From the human T2T-CHM13v2.0 reference genome, Homo sapiens, in assembly GCF_009914755.1 (NCBI RefSeq), contig NC_060932.1: DNA of 64,000 nt; one strand, given 5' to 3'. Positions 27,179 through 40,727 of this stretch are shown here, piece by piece. Position 1 is the first letter of the stretch, and every line of letters starts with the position of its first letter. The position numbers were made by a program, and so were the translations under genes. The notes under the pieces are model-generated. The model made no database searches, was not told the DNA's origin, and worked only from the letters and a program-made list of their open reading frames with translations.

Positions 27179-29124
27179 TGGGCTAGAAATTCATTCATAG
27201 TCTGCAATAACTTAATTCTCAAATGCACAGAGAAAAGGAGAAAACCATGATTCTTTTTCAGTATCTTCCCCTTGGGTGATTTGATAATAAGGCTGGATCA
27301 TAATGTAGTTTTTTTGCTTTTCCCACTAAGTGAAGTGTTTTACCACAGTTTTGAACTTGTATGGTTAAAGCAATGTTAAGACTTTCTTTTCTGCATTCAA
27401 AATCTTCCATATTTACTTCTTTGCTTAATTTTTATGTACAATCATTAAATTTAATGTCAAATATGATGTGATAGAAAATATAAGTAATGGTGTTGATTGG
27501 TATTTAAGGTTATTTAATTCTATGACAAACAATGCTTATTGGGGGCATACTATTATTTATTGATCATTCATCTGTTTTCCAAGTAAAGATTACATTTTAT
27601 TTTATTAACATATGGCTTTATACCAATGTTCTTCATGACTCTTTGCCTTTTCATTTTCTCTTCCTATTTTTTCTTTTATTATATTTTCTTTTTGCTTTTT
27701 TGATTATTTTTTCATTAAACTTTTAAAAAAGTATGAGCCAAATGTATTGATAAAATTGAGCAAAGATAAATAATTATGTGAAATATTAAATATTTGGGTC
27801 CTTTTTCACTTATTCAGAATACCAAGTTGGTAACCCTGAGATAAAGCACTTAATCTTATTTTGTTTCATCAATAAGCAAATATCTTAATTTGTATCTGCC
27901 AAATGGGGATATTAATACCTGTACCAAGATTTGTTCCTTGGGATAAAGAACTTAATCCCAATATTGTGCTTTGACCATTGAATAGACAAATTCTGCATAT
28001 AGTAAACTTACATTTATAAAAATGAGTTAAACATAATTGTATTTATCCTTGCACCATAGATTGTTTGCATAAATTGTTTGAATCAGATGCATGGTTGCTC
28101 TGTCAGCCACAATTTAATGCACAAACTGAAAAGATAACGTTGAAAAGATACACATATATAAACTACCACTGCTTCGTGCTTTTCTTTGTCAGCTTTCTAA
28201 TTACTTGGCTATTGCTGAATGAGCAAATGCTTAAAGACCATTAATTTTCTTCTGCTATTACTTTCTAATACATTTCAGTAAAGCTTATAATTTTCTTGTC
28301 TAAATGTTTCAAGTATTAGGAACTGCTGCTGAAATTGGAATGATAACATAAATAGCTGGGAAAATTATCGCAGTAACCGGAGCTCATTTGTACTTACTAG
28401 CATTCATCACAAGCAATTTTGTTCTAACAGCTAACAAATGTCAGTGACCAAAAACTAAAGCATATTATGTTCCTTTAATTCTTTGCTTTCAATTCCTGGT
28501 GTGCTAAGGAAATTGCACTAGCTTCAATTTTAGCTTTTCATTGGTTTTATGAGATATATTAAATTTGGAGCTAATTACAGGTATTTTTAAACAACTCATG
28601 TAAACTATTCAAATTATAGTTAATGTGGATTATCACAGTTTACGAGATAACACTTTCTTTGTTATTTTGATATTTTCCAAATATGAGATGGGCTGTAGCA
28701 ATTTTCAAAGTGCCTTGTTCCTTCCTGAAGGATGTTGTTATGTAAATCTCTGTCTAATTTGTCACCATGCATCTAAACTTTATCCTCAGATTGGTTTCTG
28801 TTCTTTTGTAATCTGTCTTGTGGTTTAGAATTAAGGAAAGTGTCTTTCATTGAGTACAGGGTAAGGGTGTTTTAAAGAAAATTTACCTGTTTGATTTCCA
28901 GATTTCAGACAAATCACAGGGAAATCAAATATTTGGATGAATAAAACTGGTACACTTTTCCTAAATACCTACACGATAACTTCTTAGAACTGAGTGGCTT
29001 GGATGAAAAATCCAGGGATTCTAAAAGCATTTTCAAGCATACAGGTGTGCATGTTTTTACTCTCTTAAATTCATCTGCCACTTAGCAGTCATCTAATTTG
29101 TATTTGCAGAGGGAGAAGATATAA

Positions 29125-29345
29125 TTGAATAGGTAAAATATAGGCTCTGGATTTGTTCAGTGTTTCTATTGTTTACTAGCTGTAGAATATGTGACCATTT
29201 ATTTAACCTCGCCTAACAGGTTTCTTTTTATATATAATATACAGAAGGTGTGCACCTACCTCGCTGGGTTGTTGAAAGAAGTAAATTACCCAATGCTCAG
29301 TAATGACTTAGCACAGCTCTTAGCACAATAGTGCTAAAAAATATT
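29125..29345 (+). mobile_element. MIR
   Basis: taggctctgga...tttactagctgt...gtgacc...tttaacctc...cctacctcgctgggttgttg...gacttagcacag. Confidence 0.75.
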
Positions 29346-29351
29346 AGAACA

Positions 29352-29632
29352 GGCCAGGCGCGGTAGCTCACGCCTGTAATCCCAGCACTTTGGGAGGCCG
29401 AGGCAGGCGGATCACGAGGTCAGGAGATCGAGACCATCCTGGCTAACATGGTGAAACTCCGTCTCTACTAAAAATACAAAAAAACTAGCCGGGCGAGGTG
29501 GCGGAAGCCTGTAGTCCCAGCTACTCAGGAGGCTGAGGCAGGAGAAAGGCGTGAACCCGGGAGGCGGAGCTTGCAGTGAGCCGAGATCAGGCCACTGCCC
29601 TCCAGCCGGGGCGACAGAGCGAGACTCTGTCT

Positions 29633-29667
<35 letters not shown>
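29352..29667 (+). mobile_element. AluY
   Basis: ggatcacgaggtcaggagatcgagaccatcctggctaac; ggcgtgaacccgggaggcggagcttgcag; A34 tail. Confidence 0.97.

Positions 29668-29702
<35 letters not shown>
29668..29702. repeat. (TA)n microsatellite at Alu tail
   Basis: About 17 TA units. Confidence 0.95.
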
Positions 29703-29706
<4 letters not shown>

Positions 29707-31074
29707 ATAGATAATCATAATCATAATGCTCATAACAGAATACTCAAAGGGCAGAGAGAGGGTGGAAGTTTTTTCTTTCTCTATCAGTCTGTAACATTGA
29801 CATGATTCAGCTCTAAATGATTCTAGTGTACGAGTCTCTTCACCCTAAGCTTCTAGGTTTTCAGAAAGGGAGTATTATCAGCCCAGTAAAGGTCAGGGAT
29901 GTACCCGAGTCCATCAGCTACGGCCAAAGGACAGAGTCACGGACTACTTTCCTTACTGCTGCAGTTCTGCTCCTATGTTTCAAGACTATTTCCATAAAAA
30001 GCAGGAAGGATTGACAACTCAGTTGCCACCCCTAGAGAACTATCTATTTCTTTTTGTTGTGGTGTTAATTTTAGGTAGCAATCCTATATTTTATTTGGCT
30101 TTGGACTAATTCTTGTTTAATGTTTTAAATTAATAACCTAAAAGAGGGCACATATTAGCTTTTGCACTTGGTGACAGGTTATGGGTTGGTATAAAGGAGG
30201 GTTGCAAAATGACAGAACTGAAAAATAAGGTTAAAATACATTTTATATTACTGAGTTAAAGAATTGGGACAAACCAATGTATTATAAAACACGTGTTGTC
30301 ATAGTAACATCATTAGAAAAAAAAATAGGGTGGATTAGGATTTTTATAAAATGTGGCCTAAAAATTTCATGTTCCCATCTGTTTCAGATATAATATTTAA
30401 TGCTTATATTAAATATACTTGTTTACAGTATTCTAGGAAATTATTTTAAGTAAAATAATGAATTTAAGTTATGAAAACAACTCAGTAAGAGTTGAGAAGC
30501 AGCCCATTGATCCAATCTACTTCCTTGATTAATATTCAAACAAATCACCTCTGTCTCAAAATTTTGTAAGGTCTCCAAGTTTCAAACATTTCATAGATTG
30601 ACATGGTGATATATTTGAATTTGAAAATTCTCTTGCCAGTAAAATAAATAAAAAGAGTAATAACATTAACGAAAAACTATGATTTTATTCTATCAATGTA
30701 GAATTAGTTTTATGTCAACCAAGAAATTCTTAAAAGTAATAAAAGTTTCAATAAAGATTGAAAATTATGTTTATCAGTTAGATTAAACCTGAATTCAGAT
30801 AATTAGCATCAAAATGGTATATCTCTATAGCTATACCTAGCTATTGCTAAGCAATTGGCCATGATGGTCATTAACAATGATAAATATCATTAAAATGGCT
30901 AATTAATGACAAGCAGAATAAAAAGTACAGACATATAAACATATCAAATAAGTATAAAAACTTTTTTTCTGATTTGCAAGAAGTAAAGTCAAATAGCATG
31001 GAAAAATGAGGTCAAATATTTTTGGTAATGGATTTGTCAAGTTCTTATTACTGCAGACTATAAATAATAATAAA

Positions 31075-31270
31075 CACTTAGCACTTGATCTCTGCTTAGC
31101 ACTGTGCAGGTCTTAATGCTTTTACACAATTGTATGTTACCATTTTACATGAGAGGAATATGAGGCACATAAAGGTTAAATAGCTTGCCTTTGACCACAT
31201 TACAAGAGAAGAAGGTACTATTTGTGTCCAGGACATCTTTCTCCATAGCCTATTCATGTAACTTCATCTT
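31075..31270 (-). mobile_element. MIR
   Basis: ccattttacatgagaggaatatgaggcacataaaggttaaatagcttgcc. Confidence 0.7.
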
Positions 31271-34200
31271 TTAAGATTATTCAGAATATACTCAACCAAA
31301 TTAAAATAACACACATCCAGCAAATGTCAGCAAGATGGCAGAATAGGCTTTCCAAAACTTGACTCCAGAACAAACATCAATTTGAACAACTATCCATGTT
31401 TGAAATACCTTAATAAGAGTTAAGGAAACCAGATGAGAAATTACAAGCACATGGGTGCAGCAACAAAATAAGAAAAGATTCACACTGAACAGGGTAGAAG
31501 GAAGATTTACCTAATCCATATCACTCCTCACCCAACCACAGACAGTACAGGGTGGAGAGAAAAACCCCTCACTTGTGGGTAGGAGAGAGATGTAAGCAAT
31601 AGATTTTGCCTCAGACCCCACCAACAAGCTCACCCCAGTAAAACCCAGTACCAAGAATACCCATGGCCCCAAACATCAGGCTGGTACCCATGGACTGAGC
31701 CTCCAGGCCTGCCCCAGCACCAGGCCAGACCATGCAGCTCCAGACCCCAGGCCCATCTGACAGACTCAGTCTCCTAGCCTCCCACCACCAAACCAATGCG
31801 AGCCATTAGACCAGCCCCAGTGCAAAGCCTGCCCCAGACCTTCCCAACCCTCACATATTCAGGATCTAGGCCTGCCCTAGTTTCCAGAAAATCCCAGAAC
31901 CAGGTCATTCCACATAGCTCCAGCACCAGGTTAGCACCCATACCCTCAGGCATCAGATTAGCATCCATGGACATAGACTCCAGGCCTGCCCAGTGTCAGG
32001 CCAGTCCCTGTAGACCTATCCTTTATGCCAGCCCCTGAGACTCCACCATCCATCAGACCCAGAGTCAATGTCCTTCCCAGGAGGGCCCAGAACTGAGCCA
32101 GCTCCCATTAACCTAGGACCCTGGGTCTGCTCCTATAAACCCAGGACCCAAGCCAGCATTCACAGACCTAGCCTCCAGGCCAGCATGTGCACACTCAGCC
32201 TCCAGGTTGGCCCCTGCTGACCCAGGATGGTTCCCACAACCCCAGTCTCCAGGAAAGCTTACCTAGCTCCAGACACCAGGCCATCACTCATGAACAGGGT
32301 CAAGAGCATTCTGCATGGACCCAGGCTCTACACCAGCCCCAGTGTACCATGCCAGCCCAGGATACAGGCCAGTCTCAATAACCCAATAATTCAGTGACCC
32401 CCCCAAGGACAATGTCTGCTTCAGCAGAGCCAGGGCACAGGTTCACCCCAACAGACCTTGATGCCAGGGTAGGCCTCCTAGACTGCTGCTTCAGGACTAC
32501 CCCTGAGACTGAGCCTCCAGGTCAGCCCCCATGAACCCAGAACCCAGTGGACTCAGGTTCTAAGTCTCTCCCACTGACCTCTGGTGCAAGGGACATTGCA
32601 GCACATAGTTGACCACTACAGACTCAGGCTCAAAGTATACCCAGTGCCAGATTAGCCCCTGGAGAACTAGGCTTCCAGACAGCTTCCACTGATATAGCCT
32701 CAATACTACTGCTATGGACCAATCCACAAGTCCACCCTAGGGCAGCTGAACTCTAGGGCAAACTCTGCGGACTCAGGTAACAGGCCTACCCACCTGCCGA
32801 ATGCATCACCAGGCCAACCTGCTCAAGGACTCCGGAAGCAAGCTTTCCCATAGATCACGTTAGACAGCCTACCCAGAATGTCTGGATGGGCAAATGGGGA
32901 AGGGCTTTCCCACAGAAAGCCAGCATGCAAAGACTGAAATAAGTACCTGATATTTCAAATGCACAGACATCAACACAAAGCCACAAGGATCAAGAGCAAT
33001 CAGAAAAATATGAGACCACTAAAGTGATTTCAGGCAAAATAAAGTACCTAACTGATCCTAAAGAAATAGTGAAATATGAAGTGTCTGACAAAAATTATTA
33101 AAAATAATTACTTTAAAGAAGCATAGTGAACTTCAATAAAATACAAAGAAAAGATTAAACAAAATCAGTAACACAATAAATGACCAAAACTAGATATTTA
33201 ACAGAGAAATAAAAATTACACACACACACACATGCACACACACCCCAGATAATCTGGAATTAAAACATACAATTAACAAAATGAAAAGTGTAATAGAGAG
33301 CATCAATAGCAGAATGAATAAAGCAGAAGAACAAAGCTGAGAACTATTTCAAAATATACAATCAGAGGAGAAAAATAAAAAGGAATGAGGAAAACTTATA
33401 AGAATTATGAGATATAATCAAAAAAGCAAATATTTGAATTATAGGAGCTCAAAAAGAAAAAGAGAAAAACAAAGCTTTTTTAAAGAAATAATTTTCTACA
33501 GAAAACATTCTAAATCTGGGCAAAGTTACAAATTCCAGGTATAAGAAGGTCAAAGATCTCCAAACCAATTCAATCCAAATAAGATGACATCAACATATTT
33601 GATAATCAAACTGCCAAATATCAACAACAGAGAGAATATCCTGAAAGTAGCAAGAGAAAAAAAATACATATGAGGGAGTTCAATAAACATGTATTTTATA
33701 AGAGATATTATAGGCCAGAAGAGAGTGGCATTATATATGTGAAGTGCTAAAAGAAAAAAATACCAACCAATACTGTATCTAGCAAATATATTCTTCAGAA
33801 ATGAAGGCAATATAAAGACTTTTGTAAACAGACAAAAGCTTAGAGTATGTTACCACTAGACCTGTCATACAATAAATGCAAAAAGAGATTTTTCAAGCTG
33901 AAAGAAAAGGATGCTAATTAGTAACAAGAAAACATGTAAAAGTATAAGACTAGTAAAAGGAAATACACAAATTCAGAAGACTTTAATCCTGTAAATGGTG
34001 GTGTGTAAATCACTTATGTTTTTAGTATGAAGGTTAAAAGACAAAACTATTAAAAGCAATGATAGCTGTAATAATTTGTTAAGGGATTCCCAATATAAAA
34101 CAATGTAAATTGTGACATCAAAAACATAAAATGTGGAATAAAGTTGGGTAAAAATATTGAGTTTTAAAAATGCAACCAAAGTTAAGTTATGAGCTTAAAA

Positions 34201-34884
34201 TACCCTGTTATAAGATGTTTCATGCAAGCTTCACCTTAATCACATATAAAAACCTATAATAGATGCACAAAGAAAAAGGTAAAGAATCAAATCATACTAC
34301 TAGAGAAAAATCACCTAATCATAAAGACAGCAAGAGAGGAAAAAGGGAAGAAATGATTTACAAAACAATCAGAGAACAATTAACAAAATGGCAGTAGTCT
34401 TTACCTATGAATACCTACCTTGAATATAAATGAACTAAATTGTCTACTCAAAAGACATAGAGTGGCTGAATGGATAAGGAGAGAAAAGACCCGACTATGT
34501 GAAGTTTACAACAGACTTATTTCATGTTTAAGGGCATAGACTGAAAGTGAAGGGATAGAATATTATATTCCAGGTAAATGAAAACCAAAAGAGAGCAGGG
34601 GGAGCTATACTTATGTCAAATAAAATACTTTTTAAATAAAAAACTATAAAGAAAGACAAAGAAGACCATTATATAATGATAAAAGGATTAATTCATAAAA
34701 AGGATATAACAACTATAAATATTTATACATCCAATATCAGAGCACTTAGATATATAAATCAAATATTCATAGATTTGTATGCAGAGATCAACGGCAATAC
34801 AATAACAATAGGGGGCTTCAATATCCCGCCTTCAGCAATGGACAGATGATCCAGACAGAAAATCATTAAGAAAACATAAGACTT

Positions 34885-35336
<452 letters not shown>

Positions 35337-37155
35337 CTAGGTCACAAAACAAGTCTGAACAAACTTAAGAAGACTGGAATAATATCAAGTATATTTCTAA
35401 CCACACTGGTATGAAACTAGAAATCAGTGACAGGAGGAATTTCAGAAAATTTACAAGTATGTGAAAATTAAACTGCATGTTTTCAAATAACCAATGATTT
35501 AATGAAGAAATCAAAAGCAAAATTAAGAATATATTTAGAAGAATGAAAATAGACATACAATACACCAAAACTTATGAAATGCGGCACAAAGAGTTTTAGA
35601 GGGAAGTACATACAAATAAAAACCTATATCAAAAAAGTAGAAAGATTTCAAATAAATAACTTAACATTGTACCTGAAGGAGATGGGAAAAAGACCCGAAG
35701 GTAGTACAAGAAAGGAAATGATAAATATTAGAGCATGAATAAATAAAATAGAAACTATAAAAACAATATGAAGATCAATGAAACTAAAAGTTGGTTTTTT
35801 GAAAAGATAAAATTCACAAACCTTTAGCTGGGACTAAGAAAAAAAGAGAGAAGCATCAGGTAAATAAAATTAGAAAAGAAAGAGGATACATTATAACTGA
35901 CACCACAGAAATACAAAGGATCTTAAGAGACTATTGTGGACAATTATATGCCAACAAATTGGATAATCTAGAAGAAATGGATAAATTCCTGGACACATAA
36001 AACCTACCAGGACTGTATCATTAATAAATGGAAAATCTGAAGTGATCAATAATTAATAAAGAGATTGAATCAGTAATAATTCTTCCATCGAAGAAAAACC
36101 CAGGACCTTAGAGCTTCACTGCTAAACATTTAAAGAAGTAATACTAATTTTTCTCAAACTCTTCCAAAAATCAAAGAAGAGATAATGCTTCCAAACTCAA
36201 TTGATGAATCCTGCATTACCCTGATAATAAGTCAGACAAGAACAATAGAGTAATAAAAATTACAGGCCAATATCCCTGATAAACATAGATGCAAAAATTC
36301 TTAACAAAATATTAGCAAACTGAATTCAACAGTACATTAAACAAACCATTCATCATGATCAAGTGGGATTTAATCTAGGAATACAAAGATGTTTCAACAT
36401 ATGCAAATCTATAAAGGTGATACCCTACATTAACAGAATGAAGAAGAAAAACAATACGATTATCTTAATAGATGCAGAAAAAGCTTTGTCAAAATTCAAA
36501 ATACTTTTATTATAAAAACTTTCACCAAATTAAGTATAGAAGTAATGTGCCTCAGCACAATAAAGGCCATATATGGCAAACTAACAGCTGACATCATACT
36601 CAATGTTGAAAAGTTGAAAAGTTTTCCTCTAAGATCAGGAACAACAGTCCCCATTCTCATAACTTTTAATCAAAATAGTACTGGAAGCCCTAGTCAGAGC
36701 AATTGGGCAAGAGGAAAAAACAAAGACATCTCACTTGGAAAGGAAAAAGTTTAAATTGTCTCTGTTTGTAGATAACATAATTTTCTATATAGAAAACCCT
36801 AAAAACTGCAACAAAAACTGTTAGAACTAGTAAACAAATTAAATAAAATCACAGAATAGAAAATCAACCTAGAAAGATTAGTAGCATTTTTATACACTAA
36901 ACTTTATTTCTTAAGAAACCATTAACAATAGCTACCAAAGAAATGCTTAGGAATACATTTCCCCTAGGTGAAAGACCTGTGTATACAGAAAGCTATAAAG
37001 CATTGACGAAAAAAATTGAAGACACGAATAAATGGAAAACATCTCATTTTCATGGATTGGAAGAATCAATATTGTTAAAATGTCAATGGTATTCAAAGAG
37101 ATCTATATGTTCAGTTCAATCCCTATCAAAATTCCAATGTCATTTTTCACAGAGA

Positions 37156-37441
37156 TTTTTTTTTTTGAGATGGAGTCTCACTGTGTTGCCCAGGCTGGAG
37201 TGCAGTGGCACAATCTCAGATCACTGTAACCTCTGCCTCCTGGGTTCAAGCGATTCTCCCACCTCAGCCTCCTGAATAGCTGAGACTGAAGGTATGCGCC
37301 ACCACTATTTTTTGTATTTTTAGTAGAGAGAGGGTTTCACCATGTTGGTGAGGCTGGTCTCGAACTCCTGATCTCAAGTTATACACCTGCCTTGGCCTCC
37401 CAAAGCGCTGGGATAACAGGTATAAGCCACTGTGCCTGGCC
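37156..37441 (-). mobile_element. AluS (Sx/Sz-like)
   Basis: Full reverse Alu; TSD cacagagattt on both sides. Confidence 0.93.
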
Positions 37442-38100
37442 CACAGAGATTTCTTTTTAAAAAGATCAAAATTCGTATGAATCACAAAAGACCATCTTAT
37501 ACTTATAACAGGCTATTTTAAGCTCATAACTTAGCCAAAGCAGTAGCCAAAGCAATCCTGAATAAGAAGAACAAAGTTGAAGGCATCACACTACCTGACT
37601 TCTTAAATATATTATGAAGCTATAATTTCAAAAACCAGCACGTTCCTAGCATAAAGGCATATTCATAAGCCAATGGAATAGAACAGAGAACCCAGAAATA
37701 AATCCATGCATTTACAGTCAAATGATTTTTGACAGTGGTGCCAAGAATACACTTCAGGAAATAATAGTCTTTTAAATAAATGGTCTTGGGAAAACCAGAT
37801 ATACGCATGCATAAGAATATAAACACAAAATGGGTTAAAGACTTAAATATAAGGCCTGAAGCTGTAAGAAGACTACTAGAAGAAAACATGGAAAAAGCTC
37901 CATCACATTAGCCTGGGCAATGATTTTTTTGGATATGACCTCAAAATCATAGGTAGCAAAAGCAAAAATAGACAAATGGAATTACATCAAACTAAAAAAC
38001 TTCCACACAGCAAAGGAAACAACCCCCAGAGTGAATAGATAACCTATGGAATGAAATAAAATATTCACAAATCATACATCTGATAAGAGGTATATATTTA

Positions 38101-38567
38101 TTTTATTGTGGCACTATTCACAATAGCAAAGACTTGGAACCAACCCAAATGTCCATCAATGATAGACTGGATTAAGAAAATGTGGCACATATACACCATG
38201 AAATACTAAGCAGCCATTAAAAAGGATGAGTTCATGTCTCTCGTGGGGACATGGATGAAGCTGGAAACCATCATTCTCAGCAAACTATCTCAAGGACAAA
38301 AAACCAAACACCGCGTGTTCTCACTCATAGGTGGGAATTGAACAATGAGAACACATGGACACAGCAAGGGGGAACATCACACACCGAGGTCTGTTGTGGC
38401 ATGGGGGCAGTGGGGAGGGATAGCATTAGGAGATATACCTAATGTAAATGACCAGTTAATGGGTGCAGCACACCAACATGGCACATGTATACATATGTAA
38501 CAAACCTGCACATTGTGCACATGTACCCTAGAACTTAAAGTATAAGAAAACTATATATATATATATA
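38101..38567 (+). mobile_element. 5'-truncated L1PA5-7 nested in the L1MA
   Basis: L1PA 3' end; 16-bp TSD aagaggtata(t/a)attta at 38085-38100 and 38568-38583. Confidence 0.92.
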
Positions 38568-39470
38568 AAGAGGTATAAATTTATATATATATGAATCAGA
38601 CAATTTAATACCAAAAACCCCAAATAATTTGATTTTAAAATAGGCACACAAAAAAGCTGAAGAGACATCTCTCAAAAGAAGACATACAAATGACCAAAAG
38701 ACATGTTAAAGAAATACCCAGCATGATTAATCATCAAGGAAATGCAAGTTCTGCAAAATGAAACCACGCTAGGATATCACCTCACACCATTAGAATGGCT
38801 ACTATTAAAATAAAAAGAATGATAAGTTTTGATGCAGATGTGGAAAAAGGGGAACCCTTGCATACTGTTAGTGGGAATGTAAATTAGTACAGTCATTACA
38901 GAAAACTTCATAGTGATTCCTCAAGATATTAAAAATACAAGTACCATATGATCCAGCAATCCCACCACTGGAATATATCCAAAGGAATGAAATTAGTATG
39001 TCAAAAAGATATCTGCATGGCTATATTTCTTGCAGTACTATTCACAATAAACAAGGCATGGAGTTAACCTGAGTATCCATCAACAGATAAATGGATAAAG
39101 TAAATGTGGTACGTATGGAATACTATTTAAACTTTAGAAAGAAGAAAATCCTGTCATGTGCAACAACATCAATGAACCTGGATGACATTATATTAAGTAA
39201 AATAAGCCAGGCACAGAAAGACAAATACTGTATGATCTGACTTACATGTGGGATCTAAAGATGTTGAATTAGTAGAAGCGGACAGTAGAATGATGGTTAC
39301 CAGAGGATGGTGGTTGGAGGGACTGGGGAGATGTTAGATGACACAAAATTTAAGCTACATAAGAAGAGTAATTTCAAGAGATCTACTGTAAAACATGGTG
39401 ACTATAGTCAATATGTTGTATTCTTGAAAAAAGAAGAGATATGTGCTATAAATAAATTTAAACAAGGTTG

Positions 39471-39785
39471 TTTTTTTTTTTTTTTCAGACGGAGTCTCAC
39501 TCTTTCACCCAGGCTGGAGTGCTGTGGTGCAATCTCAGCTCACTGCAGCCTCCACCTTCTAGGTTCAAGCAATTCTCCTGCCTCAGCCTCAGCTACCCTC
39601 CTGTAGCTGGGACTACAGGCACGCACCGCCATGCCTGGCTAATTTTTTTGTATTTTTAGTAGAGAAGGTATTTTTAGTAGAGACAGCATGTTGGCCAGGA
39701 TGGTCTTGATCTCCTGACCTCACGATCAGCATGCCTCAGCCTTCCAAAGTTCTGGGATTACAGGCGTGAGCCACCACGCCCGGCC
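39471..39785 (-). mobile_element. AluS (Sc/Sg-like) with internal micro-duplications
   Basis: Reverse Alu; gtatttttagtagaga duplicated; degenerate TSD taaacaaggt / taaatgaggt. Confidence 0.9.
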
Positions 39786-40727
39786 TAAATGAGGTAATTT
39801 TAAAAAGTACCGGACCTTGGACAGCATTTTGCTTTAGATTAGTATAATACACTTATATAATATAATGTACAATTTGTAATTGCTAAATAAAGAGACAATA
39901 GCAATAAAAAGAATAAGAAGAATGAATGAACAAATTTCCAAAAAAAAAAAAAAATGCCTTAAGATCTTGGCAAAAAAAAAAAGGCTTTTGCTATTGGGAG
40001 ATTAATGTTTATCCCAACACTATAATCCAAGGCTTCAGTCTTTCCTTTTAGATCAATTTAAAGACCATTTTGAAATGTGTGTAAAGCATGCTAAATTTAC
40101 TCAGAATATTATTCAAGAGTTGATTGTTATTGCAATGTCTGTTTCCAGTTTTGTGTCAACCAAGGCCTTTTGCTTTAATATTACAAACCTCAAATTGATG
40201 ACTCACACATCTAACATGATTTCAGCTCAATCTCACTCAGCTGCCACAGATCCTGGAAACTATGCCCTGCCCAGATACTCAGTTTTTATTCTGTTATTAT
40301 TTGAATAGCCAAGTGTCTTACAAGAAAAATCACATTAGGAAAAAAATTATTGGGAAAAAAGCATTAATTAATAATTTCAGCACAGTTTCTTAACAGATGC
40401 TATCAGTTGCTTCATATCTATGTGATTCTCAGTGCTCAAAAGAGTTTGCTACATTTTTCTAATCCTGATGTTGGTCAAACTACGTAATAATTTCAATCAA
40501 TTTACATTCCTGCAAAATCAGAAAAATCTCAAAACTTCAGTAAAATATAGGGTGTGAGCCATAAGCCATTTCTTTTAAATAATATTAAGCAGAATGAAAT
40601 TCAAACCCACAATGAAAGGAGATAGATACAGATATAGACAAATATATAGATCTAGATATATAGCTAGTATGATGTGTTTGAACTAAAAAAATTCCTAGAG
40701 GTCTTTCATTATTGTTTTTAGCTGCAG

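Noticed and set aside
29412-29805. ORFs with poly-F, poly-K and IY runs
   Set aside because: Translations of the Alu, its A tail and (TA)n
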